Shown piece by piece: positions 13,200 to 25,138 of a stretch of DNA of 64,000 nucleotides. Position numbers and translations under genes: made by a program. Each line of letters starts with the position of its first letter. Within the stretch, counting starts at the first letter, position 1. The notes under the pieces are model-generated. The model was not told the DNA's origin and ran no database searches. It saw nothing but the letters and a program-made list of their open reading frames with translations. Origin of the DNA: Selaginella moellendorffii (taxonomy: Eukaryota > Plantae > Lycopodiophyta); the NCBI RefSeq assembly GCF_000143415.4, contig NW_003314344.1:504336-568335 (forward strand). The letters run 5' to 3'.

Positions 13200-14290
13200 G
13201 GCGCGCCAGTCTTCCTAGCTGCGTCGTCGGTAGCCGCTATCGATCATGCACTTCGTGCTTTGGCTCCGGCACCACGTCATACGTTGAAGCCCAGCACTCC
13301 CACGCAAGCTAAACACTTTCTCGCAAGCTCCCTGGCTCCCAGCAGCTCCAATGAAACGTGAGCATGGACCAGCCTTCCCGTCTCCAAGGCTGCCATTGCT
13401 GCACTGGGTGTCAGCTTCTGGAGTGCTCTCGTTCTGCTACCGCAAGCTTGGGTTCCCCCCATCCATCAGGCTACCGCAATTGGAGTAAAGTCGAAGCTGC
13501 GGCAGCGAGAGTGCAAGCTCATTAAGCCCATCGCCAGCGTATGATGTGGTGTGGCTGGTACTCGGCTACGCGGAGAGCGACGAGGCCGAGCTAGTAGCTT
13601 TGGAGCTCATCTGGTGCACGCCACGAGAGCTAGGCCGTCTTCCGAGCTCTCGGACGTAACGGGACTGGCAACGCAGTGAAAGCTGGTGAAAGCCTATTCG
13701 ATTGCACGGAGACTTGGCTCTTGTCGAAGATTTTGACCACACTTGGCATACATCACCACTATGGGCATGAAGAAGTCCGAAGAGTAGCCGAACTTTACTG
13801 CCATCTTCGCAGCCTCGTTGTTTGTGCATCCCTGGATCATGCACATCGTCTCAAACAGGCTGAAGCTCGGCTTCCAATGTAGACATACAATCCGACACAA
13901 GGCCCAGCTGCACGCCTAGAGCTCTCGAGAGTCTGGGCGTTGACATGACCTGGTGCGAGCTCTTATCAGAGAGTTCCAAGACACCATGCACCTCGAGAAA
14001 ACAGCGTAAGCCTCTTGGCCACAGCCACCTTTTGCATACATACCCCACAAAGAGGTAGGAGTCCCAGCTACTAAAGTGTGAAGAGCTCTCTGCTTCTCAG
14101 AGCCAAGTCAGGCCACCGCCACAAAACTCCTGAACGAGCACCAGCTTCGTTGGGGAGGCTTGCTATTCCTGCGAGTTGCAGTGGAGCCTAGGAGCCCCAG
14201 CAATCCCACCAGCACTGCTACATTGTGATCATTGGGTCCACAAGGCAAGAGCATTAAATTTCTATATCCCCTGTGTGGGCAAATGCTGTT
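13200..14290 (-). pseudogene. Decayed PLS-class PPR gene fragment
   Basis: Frameshifted remnants GMYAKGGCGQEAYAVFSRCMVSWNSLIRA, MYAKCG and ALETGRLVHAH. No continuous ORF. Boundaries approximate. Confidence 0.7.
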
Positions 14291-14895
14291 AAGTTGCTAT
14301 TTCTTGGGATATGATGATGTTGTTTAGTGCTTCTTCACCCCATTAATGCAAAAGTAACACTATTGTTAAGACTCTTGTTTGTAGGCATCAATAATTTTTT
14401 GCCCAGTGGAATGTTCACTATGGTCTTGTTGATGAATCCATCTACAAGCCAAAAGGTCTTCTAGTTAACTGCAAAATCACTTAACACCAGTAGAACTTCT
14501 TTGGTGCTCTTGTACAAGGCTAGGAACTCTGCCTTGCTCTGGCATTCTTGCATCTGCCCAGCAAAAATTTCCACCTTTTTAGCTTCAAAGCTTTTGATAC
14601 CATCAATCGGAACACCTCCTTTGATTGTAGCTTTCTCGCAGGTAGCAGCGTCAGATGTTCCCGAAAAATTAGCCAAAAAGTCTGGAGAGCCATAGATGGA
14701 CAACCACGTTTGATCGTTGGTGGCTTTAAACCACCTATATTCAGGAGGGACAAACATGTTATCAGGGGACGTACGTACGCCTTGGACGAACCAAATGGAA
14801 AGCTCAATCGATTCCAGGGAGAGCTGGATCGCCTCCAAACGCGTGGCCAAATCGTCCCTCGTCTTCTTGGGCGTTTTTATAGCCAATCGCTAATC

Positions 14896-17412
14896 ATGGC
14901 GGTGCTTTTGACTAGTGCCGGTGGATACATGTGGAAGTGGTGGTTTAGCGGCGGTGCGGCAGCCCAATGGGAAGCTGTTAGCGCGGCTCACCCACAAGCT
15001 CGATCTCTAGTAAGTTCTAGCAAGATCCGGCCCTAACTTTGCGTCTTCTTGCAGCACGGTGCAGTCGTGCTCAACGAAAAGCTTTATGTTGTTGGGGGAC
15101 GCTGTGAGGACAAATACCTGAGCGATGCGCTGGTAAACTTCTTCTGGCTTGGTGTTTCGCTATGATGTCGTGAATTTTTCCGCAAGGTTTTCGATTTGAG
15201 AAACTCGACTTGGACTCCACTTCCATCCTGTCCTGTGTCTTGTGCCGGGCATCGCTTGGTGAGTTACTGCTCAAGAGCTTGGTGAGTTTTCTTCACGGTG
15301 GCTAACACTATCTATCAGGTTGCAAGAGGAACAACGCTGTTTGCTTTCATTGGGATTCCATCAGACGAAAGATTGCGAGGTATACACAAGGTTTGAGGCC
15401 TTTCTGGCTGAGTCTGACTCTACTTGTGTAGTGTACGAGTTTGATGCGATAGAATGCGTGTGGTCACTTTTACCAGTGAGTGGAGAAGCTCCGGTAAGGG
15501 GTCTTGTTGTTCCTTACCACTTGAGAAATGTGCTTTTTCCCTATGATGCTATAGCCTGGAACGCGCGGTCACTCAGCTACCTTGGTTGGGAGCAAAGTAT
15601 GGGTGTATGGTGGCGAGGATTTTCACGGTCGAATGCTTCACGACGTCCACGTCTTTGATCTGGATACGAAGGAGTGGGAACGTGTGGTTACAAGGTCCGA
15701 GTTGTTTGTTCATGTAACCTCACCTCGTGATCTTCTTTCGCTGTTCATAGTGCCATGCTTCCACCGGGGCTTTGTTTTCATGGCGATGCTTCCTTCAACA
15801 GCAATTATCTCTACCTTTTCTCTGGCTGCGACCATAAGCTGTACACGTTGGATCTTAAAACTGTGAGCAAGCCACGGTTTTTGCCGAGAACTCACTGGTG
15901 AGTCGCTGTTGCGCAGAAACAATGGTCGTCCGCGCCCCTGGAGTTTCCTGCTGCGCCAACGTCCATCGCTGCGGCTACTGGATCTGGAGACGAATGCTAC
16001 ATCGTTGGTGGTAGGCGATTCTAATTTCTATATCATTTTCACCAATGTGCTTGCATACAGGCCTGGTTCCTCAAACGATGCTGTTGAACATGAAGGCGAT
16101 GAAGTGGACTCCCGTGTGCGTGGAGCCTCGGCTGCCTCGCGAGGTATCATTCAGACTTCGTGTGCGTGAGACGCTTTTGAACGGCAACTCACATCACTTG
16201 CAGGGCCTGAGCCTAGTGTACGCGAAGATCAAAGACCAAGCTTGTCTCATTGCGTCGGGAGGTGATCACGGTGAGGTATGTGATGACCAGCTCTTGCCAG
16301 CACGATTTGAGGCATTTTCCCTGCAGCTGAACGTGTTGAAGCTCGATACCATGAAGTCCTACCCGGGTACGCCACCCAAAGCAGATTTGCCAAGCTACTG
16401 CCGCGTCAGGGACAGGGATGGCTCAGTTCTAGGGACTGTCTCCGTTCCGGAAGGAGGAAAACCGGTAGCGGACGTTGTAGGAGCCATTGAACATCTGACG
16501 GGTCAGGCAGGTCTGCTGCAAAGGAATGGAGTGGCTCTGACTCGGGGCGATCTGGTCTATCCCGGAGAGGAGCTAGACTTTTACGGCGTGCTCAAGCCTG
16601 GCAACTTGGAACTGGAATCCATGGATCTATGCGCCTGCAAGCGTTTCTTGTCCCGGATGAGCGTCACGGTTATGAGGGGAGAAGGATGGCTAGTGCCTCT
16701 GATGGAATTTGACGCAGAGCCCTTTGTGTGGACGTGGGGTGTCACACGAGACGCCACGATGAGCTATCTGTGGCAGCACGGTGTGCCGAGGCACAGCATG
16801 CTGAGAGTCCAGTACCTAGTGAACCTTGACAGGGAAAGGGAGCACGTATCGTGCATCTCCAACGCAAACTTTCCATTCAAGCTCGAGTTCGAGCTCCAGA
16901 CAGTCCTGGGGAACGTCCTTGGTGAGGGCACCGCGATCGGTTTCTGGATGGAGGAAACGATGAGTGACGAGCTGCTCTACAAGGCTATGGTGGCTTGCCT
17001 GGGCTTGAACATCAGGAACCCAACGCTCAAGCCGTGGATGGTGGTGTCGGACCTCAAGGACGAGTGGCATTTTGCGTGGATGAACGGGAAGAACATGTTC
17101 GTGTGCAAGGCGTCCAGCCGGAGCCAAGGAATTGGTATCATTCGCGACCTCGGCCACGATTACAACCGGGTCACCAACAACGAGGTTCCTGGTCTGTTTT
17201 CCAACTTGCCGGCGGTGACCAGTCGGGATCCAGTGCGCGTGGTGTGCGAGAACCCCGTGCGCTCGCGGCCGTTCCTCTACGGGAGGGGCGTGAATGAAGC
17301 TGGTGAGGTCGAAGTGTGGAAGCTGGATGGTAGCCTGCGCTGGACGATCACCCAGGAAGAGGCTGACGAGTACAACATGCTTTGCGCAAAGGCGGGTGAC
17401 ACGGGACTGTGA
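14896..17412 (+). CDS. Kelch-repeat protein (ACBP4/5-type kelch) with a large single-exon C-terminal Ubl-like plus degenerate REase-like module; 11 exons
   Basis: Exons starting at 14896, 15055, 15187, 15319, 15432, 15555, 15751, 15917, 16061, 16204 and 16327 splice in frame through GT-AG introns. Kelch motifs HGAVVLNEKLYVVGG and GHSATLVGSKVWVYGGED..LHDVHVFDLDTKEW. Last exon 16327-17412 is uninterrupted. Confidence 0.85.
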
Positions 17413-17919
17413 TCAGGCATCAGTATTTAATTAGAGAGTGTAATTATTAGAAATTTCTCGCTTCCCTCCAACACAGACGAGATCCAATGCTGCCTAGCAT
17501 TTATCACAGCCTTTATTCTAAAAGCATTTTGATGCATTCTCTTTTATTTTAAATTAAAAGTGTGAGGTTTGGCTATAATGCATATTAGTGTGGTTTTAAT
17601 TCAATAAATACATTGGTTTTAATATAACAATCTATTAAAGAACCACATGAACATTCCGTTCCTATGGAAAATAGCGAATAACATTATGAAATGTGTTGTT
17701 ATAACAAATTTCTATTGTGTTCAAATGCTCAACCCAATTATATTAATTTGCCATGACATAGAGCCATAAATAATCTTCAACTTGAGCATTCACATGTTTG
17801 ATCTGCCCATAGATTTGAGGATGATAAATTGTACTAAACTTCAACTTAATACTGAATAATTGAAATAATGTGCCCTAAAAATTTCACAAAAATCTTGATC
17901 TAAGATCATCTTTTTGGAA

Positions 17920-18830
17920 CTACAAGCTCACGATGGAGCTCTTCAATCAAATGCATGACAAGAAGAAATGAAAGCCAAACAGGATCACTTTCACATCGGT
18001 TCTCTCTCAGCTTGCAACCATGCGGAGCTGGTCAAGATGGCAATCTTCTTGTCCACTACGTTCTCAACATACCCGAGTATCAGCGTGTTCCAGAGTGCCA
18101 GATTATGGACTGGCAAGTGGTTGAAGAGCCCCTGAGCGTCCAATAAACTTCCACAATCTGTGTAACCAAGCTCTGGCTGGCCGTTTTCCAAGTACCCCCC
18201 AGCATCAACGAAACCAGCAAAACCAGGTCATCCTGCAAAAACTCACCCACACCCAACTATAGCGTACATGTCGATCAGTGAGCTGACCACGAATATATCT
18301 AGCTTGAAGCTTGAGATCCATGGCGTCGCTGTTTTCACGAACCATCTTCCAACTCTTTGCTGCCTTTCCCTTGAGAGCAGCAACAAAGGTCCTGTCATTT
18401 GGAGCCACACTTCTCTGCTCTTATCCATGACAGTGGTGCCTGTAAAGCCAGTGCCTCTTCCCCGTTTTCCAGCATCAGTGCCGTCCAAGAGACCACACTC
18501 TGATAGCCATCCATACAAGCTCACCAGCGTGTTTGCAACGTAGAGATCGTGCCCGCTCTCCGCTGCATCGCCATGGATTTTCTTCGTGAAATCCACATCG
18601 CCGGAGCTGCCACACGCCTTCAACGCCGCAACAAGGACGGGAATCGCCACAATCTTCGCCTCTTGCTCCCGTCCCAGGCCTTAGATCACAACCAAGTCGA
18701 AATCGCGAGAAATCTGCAAGAACAAGACGCACTGAGCGGAACTCTCCAGAAAGAACGCACCGATAGCCTACATTTTCCGCCAGAGGGAAGGGAATTTCTG
18801 GCACATCCTCCAATCGAGCGGCATCTTAGA
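17920..18830 (-). pseudogene. Chimeric PPR pseudogene, copy 1 (inverted relative to 27870-28830)
   Basis: Fragments LVAALKACGSSGDVDFTKKIHGDA..DLYVANTLVSLYG and YTDCGSLLDAQGLF..NLALWNTLILGYVEN with frameshifts. The reverse complement aligns with 27870-28830. Confidence 0.85.
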
Positions 18831-19030
18831 GAAACCCTCCCTTTTTTAATTTAAGTGGATCGGATATGTTTCTTGACAATATATGGGCAACTCTTATGTT
18901 GCCAATTTTAACAAATATTAGTTAGCTAAAAAATCTTAACTAAAAGCATTTTAGGTAGCTTTTAAGTTTTACACGTGGCACTTTTTGTGGCGCGTCAAAT
19001 GGCTATGGATGACGATGAGTGTATGAATCA

Positions 19031-21442
19031 ATGGCTGCCAGTGTGGCGGGACTCGCTTCCGGCCGCCAGGAACTCGCATTTGGCTTCACTCGCGTCCACA
19101 GGAGCAGCGCCAGCCGCCTGGTGAGCTTCAAACCGGCGCGTTTGATCACAGCTTGCGCGGATGATCCCTCCAATTCTTCCACAGGTTCGCCCAAGCGGCA
19201 GCCGGAGCAGCCGCCACTGTCGCTCAGCCTGGAGAATGTGAACCCGGTGGATCTGGGTCGAAAGTCGAGGAAGGCTTTCGACGATGTGTGGCAGCGGATC
19301 AAGGATCTGGGTCAGTTCACGGGCTCGTCCAGGCCCCGGGATGGGGATGACAATGTGCTCGTTGGCGGCCCAATGTGCGAATTCACCATCCCAAACGCCG
19401 AGTTTACGACGCTGCTGGTCGTGGGAGCTACCAGTCGCGTTGGCCGGGTTCTCATCCGGAAGCTCCAGCTGCGAGGATACAAAGTTAAGGTAGAGTCTCT
19501 TCTCCTCTCGGCATTTGCCTTTAATGGGCAAATGTTTGAGGCATTTTGGTTTCTCTAAAATTCATTCTTTTGTGAAGGCTTTGGTACGAAATGCCGATCC
19601 CGAGACTTTGGAGATGCTGCCTCGCTCGGTACAAATCGTTGTGGGCGATCTGGGAGAGCCGGAGACGCTGAAAGCAGCGGTCGAAGGTTGCAACAAGATC
19701 ATCTGCTGTGCCGCTGCGCGATCATATATTACTGCGGACCTCTACAGAGTTGACAACAAGGGGGTCCAAAATCTATCAACAGCATTCCAGGTTTGCGTAA
19801 GCTTGCTTTGCCAGAAGTTCTCATGTGTTTTTGTTTGTGTGCGTAGGATTACAATCACAGGTTAGCACAAACTCGTGCTGGGCGGAGTAGCAAGAGCAAA
19901 CTTGTTGTGGCGAAATTCAGCAAGGCAAAGGAGGTGGATTCCTGGGAGATGAGGAGAGGTGAAGCTTTTGGTGGCTACGATCCCTCCTCAAAGTATCAGG
20001 TGAATTTTGGTGGAACTTTGGACGTGGATGAAAACAACAATGCCGACTTCTCAGGTACGTGTTTTGTTACCAGTGAGTAGCAAAGAGTTATGGTTTCTCG
20101 TTGTCTCAGGGTTTGTACCCAGCAGAGGTGGCTACGTAGAAATGGTGAAAAGCTTATCGTTTCCTTCGGGTTTTACTCTTGACAGGTGGGAAAGTTTTGC
20201 GAAGTTCTCTCTTTTCTCATCTTCATTGTGTGGCTGGTTCCATTTCGTGCTTACAGATACGAAGGTCTAGTTTTATGTGTTTGTGGCGACGGTAAGATTT
20301 ACAGCCTCATTCTCGAGACCAGTGGTGGAGAATACGACGCTCCTAGAAGACGTTACTATGCAAGATTCTTGACACGGCTTGGCTATAGCAGGGTATGGGT
20401 CATGGTTTACTTTCTCATTCACTACTCTCGTTTTGCAGATTAGAATACCCTTCACAAAGTTCAGGCCTATGAACGAAGAAGATCCACCACTTGATTTGTT
20501 CTTGGTGGATAAGCTGGCCATAAGATTTGAGCCGAGAAAACAAGTAAGCTCTAGAATGGTACATTAGTCGCTATAAAAGAAGTTTCTTTACTTTGTTAGA
20601 GATCTTCGTTTTTAGCAACAGGAGAAACTAGCAGTTTTAAGCTGCTAGTGGACTACATCAAAGCTCTCCCTGTAAGTGCATTTTGCATTCTACCTTTCGG
20701 TCCTTTTGATTCACACTGGTTCTTGTATTTCAGACGGGAGAAGAGACTGATTTCATTCTAGTCTCTTGCTCTGCAGCTGGGGTTGAGGGTCAAAGCAGAG
20801 AGAAACTTCTTAGAGCGAAACAGGTATTGCATGCTTCACAGTGCCTTTAACTTTCGGTTTTCTTCTTTCCAAATTAGGCTGGAGAAGCAGCACTGAGAAA
20901 CTCTGGACTTGGATACACAATTATACGTCCTGGTCCACTCATGGTATTGGTACCATTTGTCTTGAAAACCTTTTTTACTAGATCATGGTTCAGGAGGAAC
21001 CTGGGGGACAACGAGCACTAGTTTTTGATCAAGGGAATCGAATTACACAGGTAGGCTCTTCGTTCTTCTGTCTCTGTTTTCCAGGCAAAGCATCTCAAAC
21101 TTTGCAAACGCAGGGAATCAGCTGCGCAGACGTTGCAGATGTTTGTGTCAAAGCTTTGCACGATCCAACAGCCAGGAACAAGAGCTTTGACGTGAGCTTC
21201 GATTTAAATGATCTTCTTTCCAGAGCTCTAAGAATTTATTTTTACAAGCAGGTCTGTTACGAGTACACTCCTGAGGCTGGACAAGGCTTGTATGAACTGG
21301 TAAAAAAGATTTGTTTACATTTGGCGAGTCCTTGTTCCTTTTGCCGATTTAACTTGGAGATTCATTCCAGGTTGCTCATGTTCCTGACAAATCAAACAAC
21401 TATTTGACGCCAGCACTATCTGTTTTGGAGAAGAACACTTGA
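19031..21442 (+). CDS. HCF173: HIGH CHLOROPHYLL FLUORESCENCE 173 homolog (atypical SDR Rossmann fold interrupted by a CIA30-like domain), multi-exon
   Basis: Transit-peptide-like N-terminus from ATG 19031. NVNPVDLGRKSRKAFDDVW, GPMCEFTIP, LVVGATSRVGRVL, SGLGYTIIRPGPL, EEPGGQRALVFDQGNRITQ, GISCADVADVCVKALHD and the terminal VAHVPDKSNNYLTPALSVLEKNT* (TGA ends 21442). Confidence 0.93.
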
Positions 21443-22453
21443 AAGATTTATGTAATAAATTGTTGAAAAATAAAAAGAAAAAGAAAAAAAAAAAACCATG
21501 TTTGTATACACATTTGTGTTTTGGTTGACTTCGCTTGTGTTTTGGGCGAGAACTCTCATCCAAGGTTCCAAGATGTTGCAGCGATTTCTTGGCCAGGTAT
21601 CACTAGCAAATCCACACACTGCATGGATCTTTGCGGTGACACTCTACATTTCCATGGTCTTCGTCTTGCTGGCTTTTGGGATTCACCACTTGAAGAAGAA
21701 CTTCTCTCTCGTGGCTGGACTTATTCTCACTGTTGTTAGCTTGGTTATGCTGGAACTCAACTCCCCTCCTTCCTGATTTCATGATCTTGATCTTAAATTC
21801 TCCCCAAAATCAATCAAACAATCCAGTTTTTCTTGCTTCAATGTCAAAGGTATTGTTCGTACTCCTGGCACTTCGTGATTTTAAATATTTATTTATTTTT
21901 ATAAAGATTTTTGGTATGTACAGCGACGGTGCCACTGAGATATTGTTTGAAAATATCAAATCAGCTTCGTGACTTGTATAGTACCTTGGCAAGGAATTTC
22001 AAAAAAAAGAATAAATTCTAAAGCTTTTGAGCAAAGATTAAAAGTCTTGATCTTGCCTCCTGGCAGCATTGATATTATTTCTTTCCTTTTCATTTCTTTC
22101 TTGCTGTGTCGATGTTCATCTCCATTTTTTCTCGCTGATAGATATCCAACCCATCTCTCATTCGCCACAGTGCTAGTTTTGTCCATGTTTGTTAGGATCG
22201 CTCTCCAGGATGTCAGCAGATCCACTGTAGATCGCTGGAGTTGTTTTTGGAGTGGAGGAATATAGGATTTGCGTGATTGGAACTTTGGAGCTTGGCCATG
22301 GGTTCCTGTAGAATCTGAGCTTTTGGGTCTTTGGCTTCACAAGAATCCATATCACCATTTCATTTCAAATCTTTGCAGTTCTCTCTTTATTTTTTTTCTT
22401 TATTTTTTTTTTTTGCTTGCTTGCCTGCTTGCTTCCTTTTTGGATTCTCGAGA

Positions 22454-22876
22454 ATGGGAAGAACGAAGGCCAGGTCCAAGAAATCCATTGAGGACGATGC
22501 CACCAACAATTTGGGGATGGATAACAGGGCAGCAGAAGCTCCAAGGAAGAGGGGCAGGCCAAAGAAAGTGATTCAACACGAAAGCGAAGAAGATCAACAA
22601 GAGAAAGAAGAGAAGCATGAAGAACAGGAGGGAGTTCTAGATGATCACTTTGATCCAAAGCCATTCTTTGAAGACAGTGGCAGCAGCAAAGATGTGGTTA
22701 ATGCCCACAAGCAAGAACAAAACGAAGAAGCTCCAGCTCGCTTTCTTCCAAGAAAAAGGGGGAGGCCTCCCAAAGCCAAAGCAATAGCAGTAGCTCCAGA
22801 GCAGCAAGCCAAGAAGAAAGGATACAGTCGACGCAAGAGTGAGCCACACAGAGCCGCTGGCTTCGCTGCCAAATGA
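22454..22876 (+). CDS. Small nuclear protein with two AT-hooks and an acidic spacer (140 aa, single exon)
   Basis: ATG 22454 (MGRTKARSKK). Two PRKRGRP(K/P)K AT-hooks flank an E-rich stretch. The C-terminal SRRKSEPHRAA resembles the RRKxxPxRA motif of small plant basic proteins. Confidence 0.72.
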   Translation: MGRTKARSKKSIEDDATNNLGMDNRAAEAPRKRGRPKKVIQHESEEDQQEKEEKHEEQEGVLDDHFDPKPFFEDSGSSKDVVNAHKQEQNEEAPARFLPRKRGRPPKAKAIAVAPEQQAKKKGYSRRKSEPHRAAGFAAK

Positions 22877-23181
22877 ATCGACGATCGATCGATGCGATCG
22901 ACAAATCAATGGAAAAATCCCGTTTTTGGATCCAAAATCCCAAAATCTTGCTTATTGTTTCAAACATACTTGTCGTATCGTGAGCTGCTTCCAATCCATC
23001 CAACCGAAAGTTTTCGATCAATCACTGTTACCTTTCGTTCAAACTAAGAAGCAAACAAAATAATTTTGATAAAAAAAAATTCGTGGCCGATTCCTCCATT
23101 TTAAAGCCGTGCAAGAAAAGGACTTCCTTTCGCAGTTAAAATATTGGTCTTGTCTTGACTTCCAGACGATGCCAATGATAA

Positions 23182-24975
23182 ATGAGCTCCTCGCCATTCC
23201 AATCTCCAAAGCTTTCGATCACCAGCGATGCCGATCTTCACAGTGCCCTCGATCAGCTCCAACTCTCGAGCGACTGCTGCAACCTCTACGAGGGGATCGT
23301 CAAGTACTGCGGCAAAAGCAAGAATCTCTCGGCTGGAAGACGCGCGCACTCTCTTCTCCAACAAAGCTCGCTTCGATCGGACAGATACCTCGCTAATCTC
23401 CTCGTGGAAATGTATGGGAAGTGTGGGAATCTGGACGAGGCTCGGCGGGTTTTTGACACCGTCGCGGTGCCGAATGTTTTCTCCTGGACTCTCCTGTTCG
23501 TTGTATATGCCCAGAACGGGCATTTGCGTAAAGCTCGACAGATTTTTGAAGCGATGCCGGAGAAGGATGTTGCTGCCTGGAACGCGATGATGAACCTCTA
23601 TGTTGAGAATCAGGACTTTGATTCTGCTAAAGAAATCTTTGATAGAATGAAAGCCAGAGATGTGTTCTCGTGGACTGCGATGATCACTGCATACTCGCAC
23701 AGTGGGGATTTGGAGAGCGCAAAAGCTTGTTTCGATCGAATGAAGCGTCGTAACTCCGTTACATGGAATGCTATGTTAGCTGCCTACATACGAAATGGCC
23801 ATACGGTAGAAGCCGAGTCTTTTTTCCGAAAGATTCCGCGGCCTGATGCTGTTTCGTGGAACTCAATCATATCCGCAGTTGCCAAATGCGGGGATTTGCG
23901 GCGAGCAAGACAACTTTTCGATCAGTCACCGGAGAAAAACGTCGTAACTTACAACACGATGATCACCAGCTTTGTTCAGACCAATCGTGTCGATCTCGCA
24001 AAGAATTTCTTCGATCGGATGGAAGAGAAAGACTCGGTTTCGTGGAACGCGATGATAACCGGGTATGCCCAAAGCGGCCATCTCGACAAAGCCCGAGAGA
24101 TGTTTGATCGAATGCCCGACAGAGATAGAGATCCGGCGTCCTGGAACTCGATGATAAGCGGATACGCTCTTGAAGGACGCCTCGAGGATGCGAAGTTCCT
24201 GTTTGATTCCATGGCCGGGAAGAGAAACTTGGTGTCCTGGAACGCTCTCATCGCTGGCTACGGGCAGAATGGCTATGGAAAAGAAGCCATCAATCTCTTC
24301 AAGAAAATGGTGCTGGAGTTTCGATCGGAGCTTCCAAACAAGGTGACTTGCATCAGTGTTTTGGATGCCTGCGCGAGCAGCCTCTCGCTGAGCGATGGCC
24401 GAGCTATGCACGCCAGGATCTTCCTCTACGGCGTCCAGTCCGAGACAGTGGTGGGAAACTCGCTCATCAACATGTATGGGAAGTGTGGCTTGCTGGATCA
24501 AGCCGCGAGAATTCTCATCACGATGCCTCACGCCAATTCGATCTCCTGGAACACCTTGATCGGATCGTATGCTCAGCTCGGCCGCGCGGCGATCGCAATC
24601 CAGCTCCTTCCGCTCATGATCTGCGAGGGATTCCAGCCCTGCCAGGTGACTTTCTCGGGGGTTCTCTCGGCTTGCGGCCATGGAGGGCTGTGGAGCAGAG
24701 CGCGCGAGTTCTTCGTGTCGATGGTGGGCGATTTTGGGGTAGCACCCATCGCCGGGCACTACGCGTGCGTGATCGATCTTCTGGGCCGCTCCGGGCTGCT
24801 GATCGAGGCTCAGGATTTGCTCCAATCCACGCCGCAGGACGAGATCTCGTGCATGTCGATCGTGGGCGCATCGAGGCTGCACGGCGATTGCGGGATTGGA
24901 TCCCGGGCGGCGCTGCGCGCGTCGCAAATCGATCCACAGAGCTCCGCGCCCTACGTGTTCTTAAGCTCTTTTTAA
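23182..24975 (+). CDS. PLS-class PPR protein (tandem 31-aa SS motifs, ends in E region), intronless
   Basis: 597-aa ORF. MYGKCG, repeated (D/N)VVSWNAMI..Y..NG....A...FD.M, TFSGVLSACGHGGL, HYACVIDLLGRSG. Ends at PYVFLSS*. Confidence 0.93.
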   Translation: MSSSPFQSPKLSITSDADLHSALDQLQLSSDCCNLYEGIVKYCGKSKNLSAGRRAHSLLQQSSLRSDRYLANLLVEMYGKCGNLDEARRVFDTVAVPNVFSWTLLFVVYAQNGHLRKARQIFEAMPEKDVAAWNAMMNLYVENQDFDSAKEIFDRMKARDVFSWTAMITAYSHSGDLESAKACFDRMKRRNSVTWNAMLAAYIRNGHTVEAESFFRKIPRPDAVSWNSIISAVAKCGDLRRARQLFDQSPEKNVVTYNTMITSFVQTNRVDLAKNFFDRMEEKDSVSWNAMITGYAQSGHLDKAREMFDRMPDRDRDPASWNSMISGYALEGRLEDAKFLFDSMAGKRNLVSWNALIAGYGQNGYGKEAINLFKKMVLEFRSELPNKVTCISVLDACASSLSLSDGRAMHARIFLYGVQSETVVGNSLINMYGKCGLLDQAARILITMPHANSISWNTLIGSYAQLGRAAIAIQLLPLMICEGFQPCQVTFSGVLSACGHGGLWSRAREFFVSMVGDFGVAPIAGHYACVIDLLGRSGLLIEAQDLLQSTPQDEISCMSIVGASRLHGDCGIGSRAALRASQIDPQSSAPYVFLSSF

Positions 24976-25138
24976 ACTGGGTGGAATATGCTCCATCGAC
25001 GGAGGGCGCCATGTTAGGGCACGCCCGTTCGCGACTCGAGCGATCGGAGCTGCTGATGGGCGATCGCAATTCTAGCTGGGATTAGCTTGCTGTGACGATC
25101 GATCGGTAGAACACACTGAGAAACTTGGATTTGGCGCA

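Noticed and set aside
21498-21776. 92-aa hydrophobic ORF after HCF173
   Set aside because: Starts 56 nt after the HCF173 stop in T-rich probable 3' UTR. No recognisable family, and T-richness explains the hydrophobicity.
21956-22358. Possible class-3 lipase remnant (ITQILYSS, WVGYLS) on the minus strand
   Set aside because: Two short resemblances in different frames and no GHSLG motif. Too weak without a search.
23926-24927. 333-aa antisense ORF and similar shadow ORFs over the NET, UGT and BT1 genes
   Set aside because: Opposite-strand shadows of GC3-rich coding sequence with no motifs.
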